Shown: positions 49,281 through 64,000 of the stretch, one piece after another
Layout of the letters: each line of letters begins with the position of its first letter
Position numbering within the stretch: position 1 is the stretch's first letter
Source: Bispira polyomma
Taxonomy: Eukaryota
Reading direction: 5' to 3'
Length of the DNA: 64,000 nucleotides
NCBI GenBank assembly: GCA_965649765.1
Contig: OZ287754.1
Location: 49,910,001 to 49,974,000 of the forward strand
Made by a program: the position numbers and the translations under genes
Notes under the pieces: model-generated
Told to the model about the DNA's origin: nothing
The model's database searches: none
Seen by the model: the letters and a program-made list of their open reading frames with translations, nothing else

Positions 49281-52200
49281 CAGGTGCTCAATGTCTGACA
49301 GACACTGTCTGTTCACACTAGTCCTCTATCTGCTTTGATCCGGGTCAATTGCTAAGTCTTAAGGGGGGGGGGGGGGATAGCCACAACAATATAGGCTGGG
49401 TCGTCCTCAGCAGGCAACCGTCTGTGCTCCCATCTTGCCCAAGGGCATTTTACCCCAATGAACTTTATGTTAGTTACTCAAGTAGAGGGAAAACAATAGG
49501 AAGGTAATAAAAAAAACTTTTGATATTGTTTTTTATATTCTAAAAAGGGCACCACCATCTTAGAAATTATGTAAGGCATTTATGGATTGGTTGGAAGAAG
49601 TCGACCTGATCAAACTCAGGGGCAGTCAGATTATCAGGCACAGCCTGTCTGAGTATAGAGTGTAACCATATCCACGTCAGTGTATTTTACACTGTGTGTT
49701 ATGTCTTTTTAAAAGACAACTCCTGTTAATTTGCAGCATTTACGTAGAGCCGAATTGATGAATGCACCATCAGTATACATAGTCCATACAATATAGCTTT
49801 AGCTATCATCAGTAGGAAATCGTGTGTTTCAGGATTTTACCACTTTTTAAATGGGCTATAGTCTGACATTAGTTAGCAGTTAGCTAGCTCATCTTAAGAT
49901 TAGCCAGCTAAACTAGCCTAACTTGAGATTACAAGTGTTTAAGAATGGTGAAATCCAAAGTTGGGCTCCAACATTCACATCCAACCCAAAGAAGCTATCC
50001 TATAATGACCATTACAGTATAACCAGGGTCCAGGGACCTATATTGACAATAGTATTCATACTGGTATTTAATGGACAAAAGTATGAAGTACTGATGGATA
50101 AATCATCGAATAATGTTTATGAATATTATTAAATGAAAGAAGATCAACATTTGTACCACCAGACATGTAGTTCCGTTGGTCATTTTTCTTTTGGACCATT
50201 AAAGTCCAGTTATAAATAGAAAAAAGTGGAACATTATAATTTCTGTGTTTCATTGATACAGATAAATTACTTTGTTTTCCCTAAGTACATATCAATATTT
50301 ATTGGTTGTATAAATGTTTACACCTATACATTTGTAAAATACACCTAGGTGACAAAGTTTGCTATTTAAACTGTGATAAAAGATATGAAGTTTAAATATT
50401 TAATGAAACACTTAGTCAATAGTTAATTATCGCCCTGAACCTTCCACATATAGTAGTCTTTCTCAAGTCTCTCATTTTCAACTAAGTTTGGTTTTTAAAT
50501 TCTTTTTTTTTTTTTTTGGAGTGGGGCGGTGGGGATGTGGGTGGGTGGGGGGGGGGGGGGGTTGACATTGCTTTCAACACATTTTACCAGTCATATCGCG
50601 ATAGACAGTTCCAGTGCTGGATGTAGCCAGTGTTTACTAGTTGGTTAAGATTCTACATTGGAAGCCAGCGACCATAAAAAAAATAACACCAACTTTCCCA
50701 CTTGTTGGGACCATAAACGTGAAAGCCGAGTGTGTTGCAACTGTAACACCCCCCCCGCCGCCCCCCCCGCCCCCCTCACCCCCCCCCCCACACACACACA
50801 CACTAGTTCTCCAAAATGGATAGTGCTACAACATAGCTTGGACTGTCATTAGTAGGCAATGCCATGTTCCCATCTTGCCCAAGGTTGTTATCCCACCAAT
50901 TAACTTAACCGGGAGTTGAACAGGGGACCTTACTATCACCAGACCAACTCCCTCCACCACAGGAATCCATGAGTCATAAGAATCTATTAGTAAAATTATT
51001 CACAATGATGTAACCTGTACAACTATTGCTCAAGTTGACCACAGGGAAGGAACAATGGATGAAAAGCACAAAATGTAGTACTTTATGCAGTCATTATAAA
51101 TATACATACATCACACATAATATTTATAAAAGGAGACTGAAACAAAAAAAAAAAAAAAAATTTATTACAATAACAACTTAACATTTAGGCGACAAAGTAG
51201 AAATAACATTAACATTTTCAATGCATTTGACAAAAATATCAGGGTGATTAGGTAACTGTTATGGAGATTGGTTATGAAAGTAATGAATTACCTTTGGAGT
51301 CAATATATTGCGAATTCTTAATGATGAAGGTGATCTTAATAAAAAAAAAGACTTTCTGTCAATGCTCAGCCTCCAGAAAGGCTGATCTTTGCAATTATCC
51401 CCCAAACCACAGATGTGCATTGACTTCTTAACTCAGTAATCTGTGTTAAATGGTGATGCCCCCATGTTTGATCTTTCTCCTATAACTCAGTGGGGAGGAG
51501 TTGTTATATCGATGTGTTCCCTTGAAATCCTCCTGTCTACTTAAAAGACCACTACACTAAAGGTGACAATGTGAACACACCCCTTTTTAGTTGTGATTAC
51601 CTCATATTAACAACTTAAAGGGGGGAACTTCAAAGGACCCAGAAGTGTTATAATATATATCTAGGCACCTTGTGGCACCTCCATGGAAACCGATATAAAT
51701 GTATTCACACTGTATATATGGATATATATATATGTCTAAATATGTCTTTATTAGACAAAGGTGTGTGTGTGGGAGGTGGGGTGGGGGGGGGGGTGTCATT
51801 TTTGTACTCAGTACCCTTCTGTCCCCCCTATATCCCCCCCTCCCGTTTTTTTATAGCCTTGCCTCAATGTAAAAGTTTGATAATGTCAATCTTCTAAAAC
51901 AAAGCCACAAAGTTTCAGAAGAAGGGACAGTTCTCTACAGGATAGCATGCCTTGTCATCAGTAGGCTTTAAGCATGTTCACATCTCGCTCCAACGATGTT
52001 ATCCTAGCAATGAACCCAGTGGTATTGGCAAGAAGTCAAACTACCTTCCAACCATCTGACCAACTCCCCCAACCAGAAGTTTAACCTGAGACTTTCTGAT
52101 CACCAGACCCACTCCCTATATGACTTTCTTACTGAAATGATCTATTAAAATGAATGGGGGTAATATGAATAGAATATCTTTTATTTCTGTCCACAACACA

Positions 52201-55200
52201 TCCATGTTATTTCAATCAGTATGGACCATCTATGTATGTGATGTTGGAGTAATAAGCATGCGTTTGAGATAGATTCTTTATTATAGTAAGTAGTACAGTT
52301 ACAAACTGCATTAATAAAAAATAAATTAGCAACAGACCAAATAGGTTTATTAGTATCTTTAAAATAAACCAAAACACTTTGTGTGTTACGTAAACTTTGC
52401 ATAGAGTTTACAAAAGAAAACACTAAACCTCAGACATTGCAAAGCGATAATACTACTTATATAATAATATTAAGTTGTATTAACAATCAGTATTTTTCCT
52501 TTGATGCTTTGGACTGATAAAGAATTTAACTACATTTAAAAAAAAAGAATGATTTGATAGAAAAAAAAATATTTTAAAATTTAAGACCTTTGATTAATTA
52601 CGACACCTGAAGCCTTATACAAGACTACTCCTATCGCCTGGCTAACCCCCACCCCCTCCCCCCATTTTTACCCCCACCCCTCGGGGGAACAAGTGATCTT
52701 GGAGGACATAGTAATTTCTCACTTCTAAACTACCATCAAACAACTGTTGCTATCTGTTGAACTCAGTGATTTGAACATATGTTATAAAGGAAGAGGGGTT
52801 TACTTTAGTTGGGACAAACAAAACATGATAAGGGTAGAGGAGGCAGGGTGGTCTACACACACATAGATATATACATAACAGATGTACCAGTCTCCAAGCT
52901 AATTCTCACTACTACTAGTACAGAAGACGCCGACATTTTATAAGGGTGACTTGATTGAAGATAGACTTACACATGAAGATAAATCATAAGGTTCAGAGAA
53001 AACTCTGTTTAAAAAAACCCCACAATAAACCTCTGTGTTTTAGTGACCAATAAGTCTCACTGGCTGGGTGTTGATTGTAGCATAGTTTTACTATTTGTCA
53101 CTCAAATACAGCATCTATCTCTCTCTATAAATAGCATTCAAAATAAAATAGTGTATATTTGATCATTAATATATTTCTTATTACTGGTATGGTGGTTGTG
53201 GACATTTGTGTATAAAATAAGATTCAGTATATTAACTGACTGTATTGACAAGAGAGGCTGTTCAGCCACTTCCCTGTTTTCCTGCCTAATTTGTCAAATG
53301 TCGTCTGCTACTTAAGGAAGCTGCATTTTTTCACCCTCTGCCTACAACAGATGGATTATTATAATAAGATGCTCTCTACTCACCAGACGTCTGTTAGATT
53401 GTCCCCCCCTTTTGAGGGAGGGAGTGGGGCATGTGGTCTGACCACCACCTGACAGATGGACTATATGCTATGCAGGTTGGAGGGGTGGTACAAACACACA
53501 TGACACATGGAGAAAAGCCCTCATAGAAAAATGCCCCATGAAGAATTCCCCCCTAAACAAATTTGAGTCTGTGGAGAGAAGCCATACTCTATCAAACTAC
53601 TAGAAAATCCTCTCCACAGATGCAAATTTAGGGCTTTTTTCCATGATGACTTTTTTCCATGTGAGCTTTTCTTCTGTATTCCACAAGCCCATGTATATAT
53701 ACTGAGTAACTCACATGCCAGATAGGGTCACATGTGGGTTGTGTGTTCTGTACTTATAATATGGGGAAACCTTAAAGTGACATATACATGCATGTAAATA
53801 ATAAGGTTTACCATGTCCACAAAGAGAAAAAAGGAAGTTTAAATTCTACTAAGAAAATATACAGAAATACATATAAAAAATTAATCATTTGTTTTTCAGA
53901 ATGTTACAAAAATTACCGTTAACAATTCCATCTTAGTATCGCCCACAATATTACACCAGCAAGCCTTAACTTTTTGTAAGTTCCCTAATGTTCGTCCCGC
54001 CAGTTTCCCAGCTGAAGCAGGACACAGATCTTTCCATCTGCCACTGTTTCCACAGTCCCATACTCCTGATGGCTAGAACTAAAATGAACAGTTGTTGCCC
54101 ATACAATGATCAAACACATGGCGCATCTGTTTGTGTGTGGACATGTTGGTAATCTTCTAACCCCAGAATTTGATTAGTTTACGGCCATATGGTGGACAGT
54201 GTGAGTGTTTGGCGTTTACCATGTCCCAGGCCACTTGTACCGACAATATGTTCAGATATATCACCAGAACTTTTCTCTAGGTAAAATATATTTTGCTGCA
54301 AATAGATCTTGTGTGACAAATTATGTTAATTTGTTCATTGTACGGTTCTGACAGTTAATGGATTCTTCCTTGGTCCCATGCCTCATTCCTACATCTAATT
54401 TTATTGTGAATACGTCTAGTAGTTTTGTGTGTAATCCTTAGCTACAAAGACCATTTATATGACCAAAGTTTGTCATTTATGCTAAAGAGACCAACTGTAT
54501 GTAATGACCAATGTCTGTCTTTTCTTCGACAAAGCTTTGATACTTTACCTGCATGTTTACTAAAACCTGATATAAGAAAATCAATATAGGCGATTAAATT
54601 AATTTTCTGTTGATTATCCAGCTTTGACTGTTAATTGTCAGCTATTCAACAAATGACGTCAGAGTTTTTATAAATAGTGGTGTTTTTTTTCCATCTAATT
54701 TTAAAATATCTAAGGAAACATCAGTTGAGTAAAATCTTTAAAATTGCAAATTTATTAAATACATTTTTTTTTTTTTTTTGGGGGGGGGGGGGTCCTAAAA
54801 AAACACAAAAACTTAGTTAAAAATGCTACATAAAAAGGACATTCTTCATAAATCAATTTTAAAACTTACAGATAATTTTTTTAACCAATAAAGTTCTCGC
54901 ACAATTGAAGAAAGAAATATGTTAAGAAATCTACCATTTTTATGTCGTTAAACTTTTTACTAGCCCTTCTGTTCATTTCGAAAAATACTATTCTTCGGCA
55001 TCTGGAGAAAATTGAGAGACAAACATTAACACTTCAGAAATATCTTTCAAAATATCTTTGGCCTCTCAAAACCTGAACATATGTGTATATCAATTCTCTG
55101 TCCAATTCAATAGAAAGCCATTACACTGTATTATATGTGCATATGACAGTAATAAGGAATAGATCTATATAACAGATGGCTTATAGAAAGCTGCCATACT

Positions 55201-56052
55201 CCTCACTATGTTCATATAGCTAACTCACAGATCTAGACATAGAATAGAAACTTATTGTATAAGTGGAAATATTTACCAGGATGGAATTTTAGATATTTTT
55301 CAGCTAATCAGTTGGGATAGCCAAAATTATTAATTTCCAATTAATATTTATTTATTTTGCATTAATATTTTCACCTAAAAACAAATAGCCAAATAGTGAA
55401 CACAAACTCGAATGCACTTCTCTCAGAAATTTGTAAAAAATTTCTTTTAGGTTAAAATATTTGTTTATACCGTAAAATATCTCTATTCAGTCATGAGGGT
55501 CAATTATAAGAATTTAAACACTTGACTAGAATAAGCACATAACTGAGATTAAGAAGCTCCCCATATTATCTCTAGATCTCTATTAAAGATATAGAGTTCA
55601 TTACACAAATACACAGCACACGTACATAGGTAGAATCTATATACCAATTATTATACAGTTTTCTCAAGCCACATTGTGTCCTTCGCGTGTGTTATTTTTT
55701 TTACTTGTGTAATTTTGAAATTGATTTATAAGTTGTTTGTCACAAATATGAAGATACTCTTTAGCAATCTGTTCCATCATGTAGCTATCAATATCTAACA
55801 GTCTGTTAATACTAGAGCTCCCCCTTTTGGTCTCCTCAGTTACCCCCCCCCTCCCCCCCCCCGCCTCTCACCCTAGCCCAGATGGGCTGACATCTGTGAG
55901 TATTTTGCTGGTTAGTGGGAGTTGGAGATCGTTACACTGTTCTACTTAAAAAAAATATGCCATGCATTTTAATAATAACTGGTACCAGCACAAACTATCT
56001 GCAATAATAACTGACACATATGGTGGGATTTCTGGGGGAGGGAATATATTAC

Positions 56053-56469
56053 TGTTGGAACCCAAGTTCTGATTTGGCCAATCTTAAGATGGGCTATAGC
56101 CTAACTTAGGATCCTAAGTTTGGCAGTCTATTTTAAGATGGGTCAGGCCAGAAACACTAGCCAAACTTGAGTTTGTAATTAAATTGAATACTAGAGATCT
56201 TAAATGTTTGAATTGAAATATAATTAACTCATATGACGATGATTTATTGTATTTTTTTTAAATGTAATGACAGATTCATTATTGGATGTTCCAGTTATTA
56301 CTTGTTTTACTAATAAACTTAGATTTATAAAGTATATTTTTTTATGAGTGTATTTTCAAGTTTGGCTAGTTTTCATGGCAAATCTTAAGATAGGTTACCA
56401 CACTTAAGCATCCTAACTTGGGCTATAGCACGTCTTAAGATTGACCAAATCGGAAGTTGTGCTCCAACA
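56053..56469. mobile_element. MITE with long (~100 bp) imperfect TIRs
   Basis: TGTTGGA..TTTGGCCAATCTTAAGATGGGCTATAGCC.AACTTAGGAT and its reverse complement ending TCCAACA. Partial copies at ~24826-24960, ~49850-49973, ~57479-57560. Confidence 0.78.
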
Positions 56470-58399
56470 TAACCACAAATCCAGTTAATAGTATTCAAAA
56501 CACTATAAATTAGGGAACAAGAGCAATATTCACAAAATGGTCAAACATCTGACACCAAAAGTGGTCTCTAATTGAAGATTCAAAGTCTCAAGTTTTGTTT
56601 TCACAAAAAAATGCTCAGCTGAGATAAAAATCAAATCTATAAAATGTAAATGTAAAAATTGGTTTTAATATTTAATAAAAATATATTTGTTTACTAGAAT
56701 TTCAAACAAAATTTGTAATATACTTTTTAGCAAAAAAGTTGCAACTTTGCCTTGTCTTATATATTATATTTAGTTTAACATCTACCGGAGTGGTTGTTCT
56801 GAAGCAAAAAAGGATGTTAGAGTGCCTCAAATGTTATGTACTTCGAGACAAATGGCAAGGTTGTTATTATTGGTCAATTATATGTCGCAATTATAAGTAT
56901 TAAAATATTTCTAAATCATTTCATATCATAAAAAAAACCCAGAGGTACTGCCATCTATTTATACAGATTAATGCATAAATATACCTACCCAAAGTTGGCA
57001 CTTAAGACCAAGTTTAGTGTCAGCCATTTTGGTAAATACAGCCCCTGGTTTAGAGTTTATATGAAGCATTGCATGTCCTTGCCTTTCTTTCCAATCACAG
57101 TTGAATACATTGTTTCCAACAAAATTCTCACAAAACTGTATTTTACTTACAAGTGTGCATTGTGAACAATGGAAAAGAATAAGGCGAATTTCAACAAAAT
57201 ACTAATAACTGATCAAAATATTGGATTACATGCGAGTTACAATTAGTGTGATCCTACATAGATATATTATATGAAAATGTTTGTGGCATAGTCTTTCCCC
57301 CCTAATACACATATGACATACAAGTACGAGTTTTCTCCAATAACTGTGTACATAGATCACACTAAAAGATGTTGGTCTGTGATACTAATTATTTTTGGTG
57401 ACCCTTATACAAACAAACGTTTTGTTGGTATACACGTTTTGTTATGATTGCATGACGGGGACTTCAGTGGTGTGGTAATGTTGGAGCCTAACTTAGGGAT
57501 TTTGCCAATCTATATTTCTTAGAATCTTAAGTTTGCATGTTATCTTAAGATGAGCCAAACAACACTCACTTCCCTCTTGGTGTCGTGGGTTTGGATCTCG
57601 GAATACCTGCCTTGCTGTGTATGTGATAAGGTTAGCAGTACACTTGCTGAAAGCTGGTGATTAGCAGATCAGACAACTTTCACCAACTTCTCTGCACTGA
57701 TTTGCTCCACTGGACAACTGCTAATTTTGATATGGTACCAGACATGCTTAAAGCGACAACCGTCGGCTAATATGTGACAGCAAATTGTTATTTCTTTATG
57801 AACTATCTGTACTTGTAATTATGTATACAAAATGCGATTTGCGACAACCAATGTCCAAGTGCGAATTTTTATCGCTCTATGACATTGATCTTCGAAATAT
57901 AGCACACTGACATTGTTTATATGAGAACAGCAACTTCTAATTTTGCTAAATCAACTCACTAATTGTGTGAATAACAACGTAGGCTGACTATAAGTATATT
58001 GCCACTCTATGTATCCATACTGAGTTGTAACCAGATGGTCAATAACCCTACAAACACAGGAACAAACCCTTACAAAATCTCCCCTTAATTAAAACTAGCA
58101 GATGTAAGATGTGTTACAGCTCAGATCTGAGTAGTTTGTGATATTCTGTGGTAGCCTTTCCTAAGGCTGTACATTATGTCACATAATTTGTTTTGTAGTG
58201 TGAATTTTAATCCACTGTATTGTTTAAACATATTTTATTCACAATAAGGCAACAATCGTGAAACACAATTGTACAAAGCCTTCTTGCAATGAGATATTTA
58301 CAAAATGAACATGATTGATGAAAAACAATGAAGAGGATGATAATGGTAGAATGCTGGTGTGTGGTCAAAAACAGTTTATTTGTGTTTGGATTTGTCTAA

Positions 58400-58740
58400 A
58401 AAATGGTTTACTGCTCAAGTTTGTAATGTTTGTATCATGATTTAGATTGCAACTACCTGATAAAACCAAATTTAATGTTAATTGAGTATTGATTTAAGTC
58501 ACAACATAATTTATGAGGTCAACCCACATATTATTATCCAATAGACAAGTAAAGAAGAAATGTTCAGGATCTTCAATAGGGTAATAGCAAGCATATGAAT
58601 CATCATCTGCTACATGAAGGTTGTGTTTTAAGTAAGTGTTCAGCTTGCTGCATCCCAACCTTAAACATGTATGTGTATAATCCATAGCTAATCTACCATA
58701 TAAATTTTTATTGTTGAAGTATTCATATAGCACCCTAATA
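58400..58740 (-). mobile_element. CR1-group LINE 3' remnant
   Basis: HTCLRLGCSKLN..L..NLHV....IEDPEHFFFTC C-terminal motif. Confidence 0.7.
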
Positions 58741-61625
58741 ATATATCTTTGAATGGATAGTAATACAATATAGCCCAGGACGTCATCAGTAAGCAAAGGC
58801 GTGTTCACTTGTTGTCAAAATGATGTTATCTCAAACATGAACCTAGCGTCATTAGTGGGAACCGAACCAGGGACCTTCTGATCACCCAACCAACTCCCTA
58901 ACCACTAGGTAATAGGACATCATTCATTTTGATTTAACCTACATCATTTTGCCACTTTTTCAATCAGAAATGGAAGTGTACTTTATGCTATATCAGATTG
59001 TGACAATACTTCAAAATAAGGTACAAAATTAAAACCCCCCAATTAATTGGGCCCCACAAAGACTACCGTCTAATGGTCACATCTGTGCCATGGTTACCTC
59101 ACCAAACCCCTTCCATTTTAATCACATGGTCAAAGCCTTGTTTCTTGTGGCTCTGACTTAAGTCTGAAACTGCAGCATTCCAAACACTTTGGTCTCCATA
59201 CTGAACGAATGACTTAAACATAACTGTCAAATCAGTGTATATTATTATATTTAAAATAAACTAATATGGTTATACATATGTATGCGTTATTCTGAAAGAC
59301 ATGAATTATGGCATTAAGGTTTGGTTTTTTTCTATACTCATTTCATGCGTGGGCAAATAAGGCAATAAAATCATTCCATTTTAATAACGGAACCGTGTCC
59401 AGAGTTATTAATCTTAAGTTCCCAATCAGAAACAAATTCCACATCTTACTTAAGCTATAAAAACATGGATGTTAGCTTTGGTAATATTATATGCAATTTG
59501 CATATACAATGTATGGATGTGATTTAGAATAGAGAGAAAAATAACGACAAAGTTGACAGCAAGAAATACCGACAAGTTTAAGGTCGTCCTAACTTATTAT
59601 TGCTTAAGTGGTGGATTATTAAAGAAAGAGTAACGGCTTTTAATAACCAGGTGAATACAACAACTGCTCACCTGGCTTTACACACTTAATGAAGATAAAA
59701 ACTTAAAGTCAAACTACCTAGACTTAATGTAGATTTTTGTTTTTGGTCAAAAAAGTAAAAATGGTCCCTTTGTTACAAATAATGCAAATAGTTTTATACA
59801 TAACATGCAAGGCTTAATTCTAACAGACATTACATTACATCTGCAAATTTCTATATAAATATCCATCTGGCTTTTTTTAACAGAGGCATTCTTTTTTTCT
59901 GGACAGACTTACTTAAAATCCCCCACTCAACAAACAAAGTCATCTTCTATTACCACCAGTACACACACACACACACTCCCTTCTGTTCTACAAAATGGGA
60001 GTTTTAATCTTCCCCTTAAAAAAAAGCCTCCTTCTCTGTTAATAAGTCTCTTTTGATGTTTTTGCCGATAGAGAGGTAGGGTCTCTTCCCCATCTGTGTG
60101 AGCACATCTCATCCCCACAACCGGAAGACACGGCAGGGTGGAGAGGGGGGGTCAAAAGAAAATGGGGGTGGTTATTCAAGAGAGCCAAGTGGGAGTCTTC
60201 TGTTTTACCCCCACCCTACCCCGAGGGTGGTGGGTGGGGGAGGAGGCAGGGGAGTTGGGGGTTGTAACACCTCAATCAGTAAGGCCCTCTCTGGTGAGTA
60301 CACCTGGACACACACCCCCCCCCCCAACCCCTAATTCACCAACTCATTATAAGTCCACTCCTAATACCAACCCCTTTTGATCTACCCAATACAATAGTTT
60401 AAGGTATGACCAGAGGCTGTTATACAGTAAATAAAAGGTCCATTATCAAATCACATCAACTCAAAACAATAGTGTTATTTAGTGACAAAAAATATATTAT
60501 ATATATTGAAAAGGTATAAGTGCTGTCGTTTGAACCTTTTTGAACATCTCTATTTTTGCTTTGCAGCAAATTGCATTCAAAAACTGACGTTTATATCATT
60601 CTGGTAAAGTTGAAATTACACTGTAAACCTTTGAAGTAAGTCCAGGGCTCAAAAGGAGAACCCTTAAGCCTTAATTATCTTACAATGGAGGAGTATTTAA
60701 GACTGCCACGCCCTTTAAACCCATTTGATTACCAATTGCAACAAGCAAAAGTCTTACTTTATTTTTAAGTAGTTCAGAAGTATATATATGCAATATAGAA
60801 AACAGTCGTATTTCAATAACCATAGTTTAATTTAAAATATAATTTAGAACTGGTGTCCACAATGCTATCAGTTTGCCTTATAAACCTAGGGTTGTAACTT
60901 TTACAATACCAGTGAAGTTAATATTTAGAATGTACAAATGAGAGAAAACGTCAATGTAAAGGACATACAAGTGCTTCCTTACTTTAGTTTGTAATTTTAA
61001 ATTCATATTAATGACAAATATAATAATTTTAAAAGAACATATATTAAATGAGATGACGAGACTATGTTGTTTCATTAATGCATTTAAGGTAACCTTAAAT
61101 ACAGGTAGCAACACGTGGGATAAGTCTGCTCCATTTTTCTTTTATTACCTTTATATGAAGCTAATCGGTTGAAGTAGATGGACCCAGTGGGTGGGAGTTA
61201 ATGAAGTAAACAAAGGGAGGGGTTTAAGTGGGAAAATGATCACATGTGATGTGGTATTGGAATTTACCGCTGGGGTACCAGCCCTGATTCCCCACTATAT
61301 TATGTCTGTATATATAGTGGTACCCAGGGGTGAGCATATTAACGCCTTAAACAGACTTGGTTGATTAACACATTCCTTTGATCAAAGGGGAAAATGTTTT
61401 TGGTCTTGGCAAGAGTTTTTGTTTACAAGCTTTGGATAGGAATTATCATTTTAAAGTTCCATAGTTCATTTGTGTTTTGAACCTCTTTTTGTGTATGGAT
61501 ATTCTTTTTGGGGGGGCAAAATCTCAGATCGACAAAGCCCTAACCATTCTGAGGCCATATTAAAAAATGTCTTAGTCTTAACTTAGTCTTAACCTTAACA
61601 TTTATGTCTAAAATATTTACTGTTA

Positions 61626-62902
61626 TGCCCATTGCACACTAAATCCGGCGCGACGCGACACGACACGACCCTTGCCGACGCGACACTAGAGCAAATATAC
61701 TTTGCTTGCACACCAAAAGCGACGGTACACAGCAGTAATATTGAAAAAAGTATTGAGATTAAAATATTGAAGAACCATTTTGGATAAAATATATCTTACA
61801 CACTTGTTAGCAATCAATATTATTGAATAGATGAATACTGTATCTGAAAAGAGCATATGTTGTCAATCTGCACACCAATCTCTAGTAGTAGTATAAACTT
61901 TAATCATTAGGGTGGCCCTATTTGCTTTGCATTTTTTTAAAATTCCAATTAAGTTTGAATGTTGTTGTGACATGTATTGCCACCAATTTAAATGCCAATT
62001 TATATTTTAAATGAGATTGTAGTGATTTCCAGAGTTAGCAGAGATGTCATTATTAAATGCAATCGATTGCAATCAACCATGGAAGTTAGATATTTGGTGT
62101 GGGCCTTGTGTCAACATTTTTATTCCTGCTGAACTTTTCACATTGCAATTGACCATTAATCTGGCCTATAAAAGACTCCCATATTCATACAGTGTCATCG
62201 GTTGCATTGTGTAACACATATTGACTAGAGTGTGTTACATGAGATAATTATTTGTTTCTCTGTGTGCATTGAAGATTTAATCTTTTATGTGTTGTAATAA
62301 TATATCTGGGGCTTTTTATTCAAGAGAATTAAGTGAATGTCACATTATATAAAAGATGTTCCTAACTTTAAAAAAGTAAACTTTCAATCTAACTTTCAAT
62401 CTAATCAAGTAAACTTTCAATCTAATATATCACTGAGAATTATTGTGGGAGGACAGAACTGTGCCAAAAATTTCACCTCGAGTTGTCTAAAAAAACACAA
62501 CTATATTATTTAATGGATGTTTTATAGCCTATATCTATTAAATGTCAAAACTTTTATTACCCAAATTGAGGTTCAAATTTTGTAAGAAATATGGTGAGAA
62601 AGCTGGCCTATGATAAAGAACAAAGGCGTTTTTAGTGATACATTAATAGATCTATATGTTGGCCAGTCATTGCCTATTAAACAATATTTTCATAAGTAAT
62701 TTATTAGAAAGATGAAAACTTTTGTTTATTAAAAAATGTATATGCTGGCCAATCATTGCTCTATTAAACAGCATATGTTACTGAGCACTTCTTTAGCATT
62801 TCTGAGAACGACTCAGACGCGACACCACAAAAATATAGAGAAATTTATATTTTAAAAAAATGGGTCGTGTCGCGTCGGGTCGACTTTAGTGTGCAATAGC
62901 TG
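61626..62902. mobile_element. Non-autonomous DNA transposon (Harbinger-like) with (CGACA/CGACG)n subterminal repeats
   Basis: ATTGCACACTAAA (61631-61643) / TTTAGTGTGCAAT (62885-62897); CGACGCGACACGAC mirrored by GTCGTGTCGCGTCG. Confidence 0.75.
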
Positions 62903-62925
62903 GTTATTTTTCACTAAACAAAAGA

Positions 62926-63185
62926 GGGGCCGTGGTGGCCTAGTGGTTAGCAAGCATTGCACTTTACAATCACTAGTCTCTCACCTCTGGGATAAGCTGG
63001 CATGGGTTTGACTCCCGACGATGCCTATATGAGAAAGGTGGTAGTTCCTTACTGTGGGCCACTGGTTTCAGTGCAGAACCTTGATCAACTGTATGCAGTG
63101 TTTTCTTCGGCGTTTCCAACTACCCGTCGCAATATAATCTAAAGAGGTACTAGAGTGGAGAGAGGACGTTAAATATCCCAATTGA
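62926..63185 (+). mobile_element. tRNA-derived SINE family A, older copy
   Basis: GGGGCCGTGGTGGCCTAGTGGTTAGCAAGC...GACGTTAAATATCC; more diverged, no clear TSD. Confidence 0.88.
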
Positions 63186-63794
63186 ATCAGCCAATTCAAC
63201 ATTCCGAGTGTGCAACTGTCCTAGTCCTAAGTGTCCTCAGTCAAATTGTTGCAGTCCTAAATATCAATAGACAAACCCTTCGTCTCCTAAATATCCATAG
63301 TCAACCTGTGTTTAGTGAAACTGTTCTAGTCCTAAATGTTTCTAGTCAAACGCTTGCAGTGTGCTTTGGTTTGGGATACACATAAACCTTCCCTGCTTCT
63401 TTAGATGTATTTTTCTTATTACAATTAATACTCCCCTTAGATAACTGCTCAAGACATAAAGCTCCTTTTAAAAGAGATTAAACATTAAGCAAGAGGTTAC
63501 GGTTTGGGGACCCGATACCTAACATTTCACTTGGAAGTCAGGTTTTGGTCAGACGGTTTTTGTTACACCAGTTGGACTACGCCACCTTGCTAGAAGTTCT
63601 GAAGTCTGTCGGTGCCACGATCAGACTAAACTAAAAACATGATGTTATAATGCTAATGACTGTTTCTGAAGTCTGTACAAAGTGCTGTCGACTGTTTTGA
63701 TGTTGTAGATATTATATACTGTTTATATTTTATTCAATAAATTCAATAAAATAATAACTTATTTTTATGGTTATTATTTCATATTTTATTATTA

Positions 63795-63910
63795 TTGTGG
63801 GCAAAGTTCCTCCCCTGTAAAGAATGTTGTGGGCAAAGTTCCTTGTGGGCAAAGATCTTGTGGGCAAAGTTTCTTGTGGGCAAGGTCCTGTGGGCAAAGT
63901 TCCGTACACC
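63795..63910. repeat. GTGGGCAAAGTTCC repeat cluster, likely the end of a DNA transposon
   Basis: Six TGTGGGCAA(A/G)G units ending in GTACACC. Confidence 0.6.
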
Positions 63911-64000
63911 ACACAAACTACTAAAAGTTAACTAAAACAGATCACATATTTACATTTTCTTAAATTAAATGTTATAACTTACACTTATTGCAAATCTGAA

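Noticed and set aside
48732-49321. Three ~188-aa ORFs (YWCTIL / IEDGTP / LLVYHP repeats)
   Set aside because: By-product of an 18-bp stop-free minisatellite; no splice or domain support.

Overview
AT-rich animal genomic DNA, probably lophotrochozoan or molluscan (inferred from the repeat families), with one 177-N gap at 25230-25406. The left half (1-32 kb) is dense in transposons. It holds a full-length but disabled BEL/Pao LTR retrotransposon (518-7020, GATTC TSD) and a DIRS-like remnant. It also holds a nested stack: an RTE-X-like LINE split a putative host exon (12-bp TSD), a Helentron-type non-autonomous element with a ~156-bp satellite inserted into that LINE, and two tRNA-SINEs inserted into the Helentron. 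L2, CR1 and Tx1 LINE fragments, MITEs and a tandem array of Pol III B-boxes are also present. The right half is largely non-coding around one small three-exon gene (42288-43793, + strand, 135 aa) for an atypical Id/Emc-related HLH protein with an Id-like RTPL D-box. That gene has a TATA box, an upstream cluster of CACCTG/CAGGTG E-boxes and minisatellites downstream. All calls were made by eye; no database search was run.
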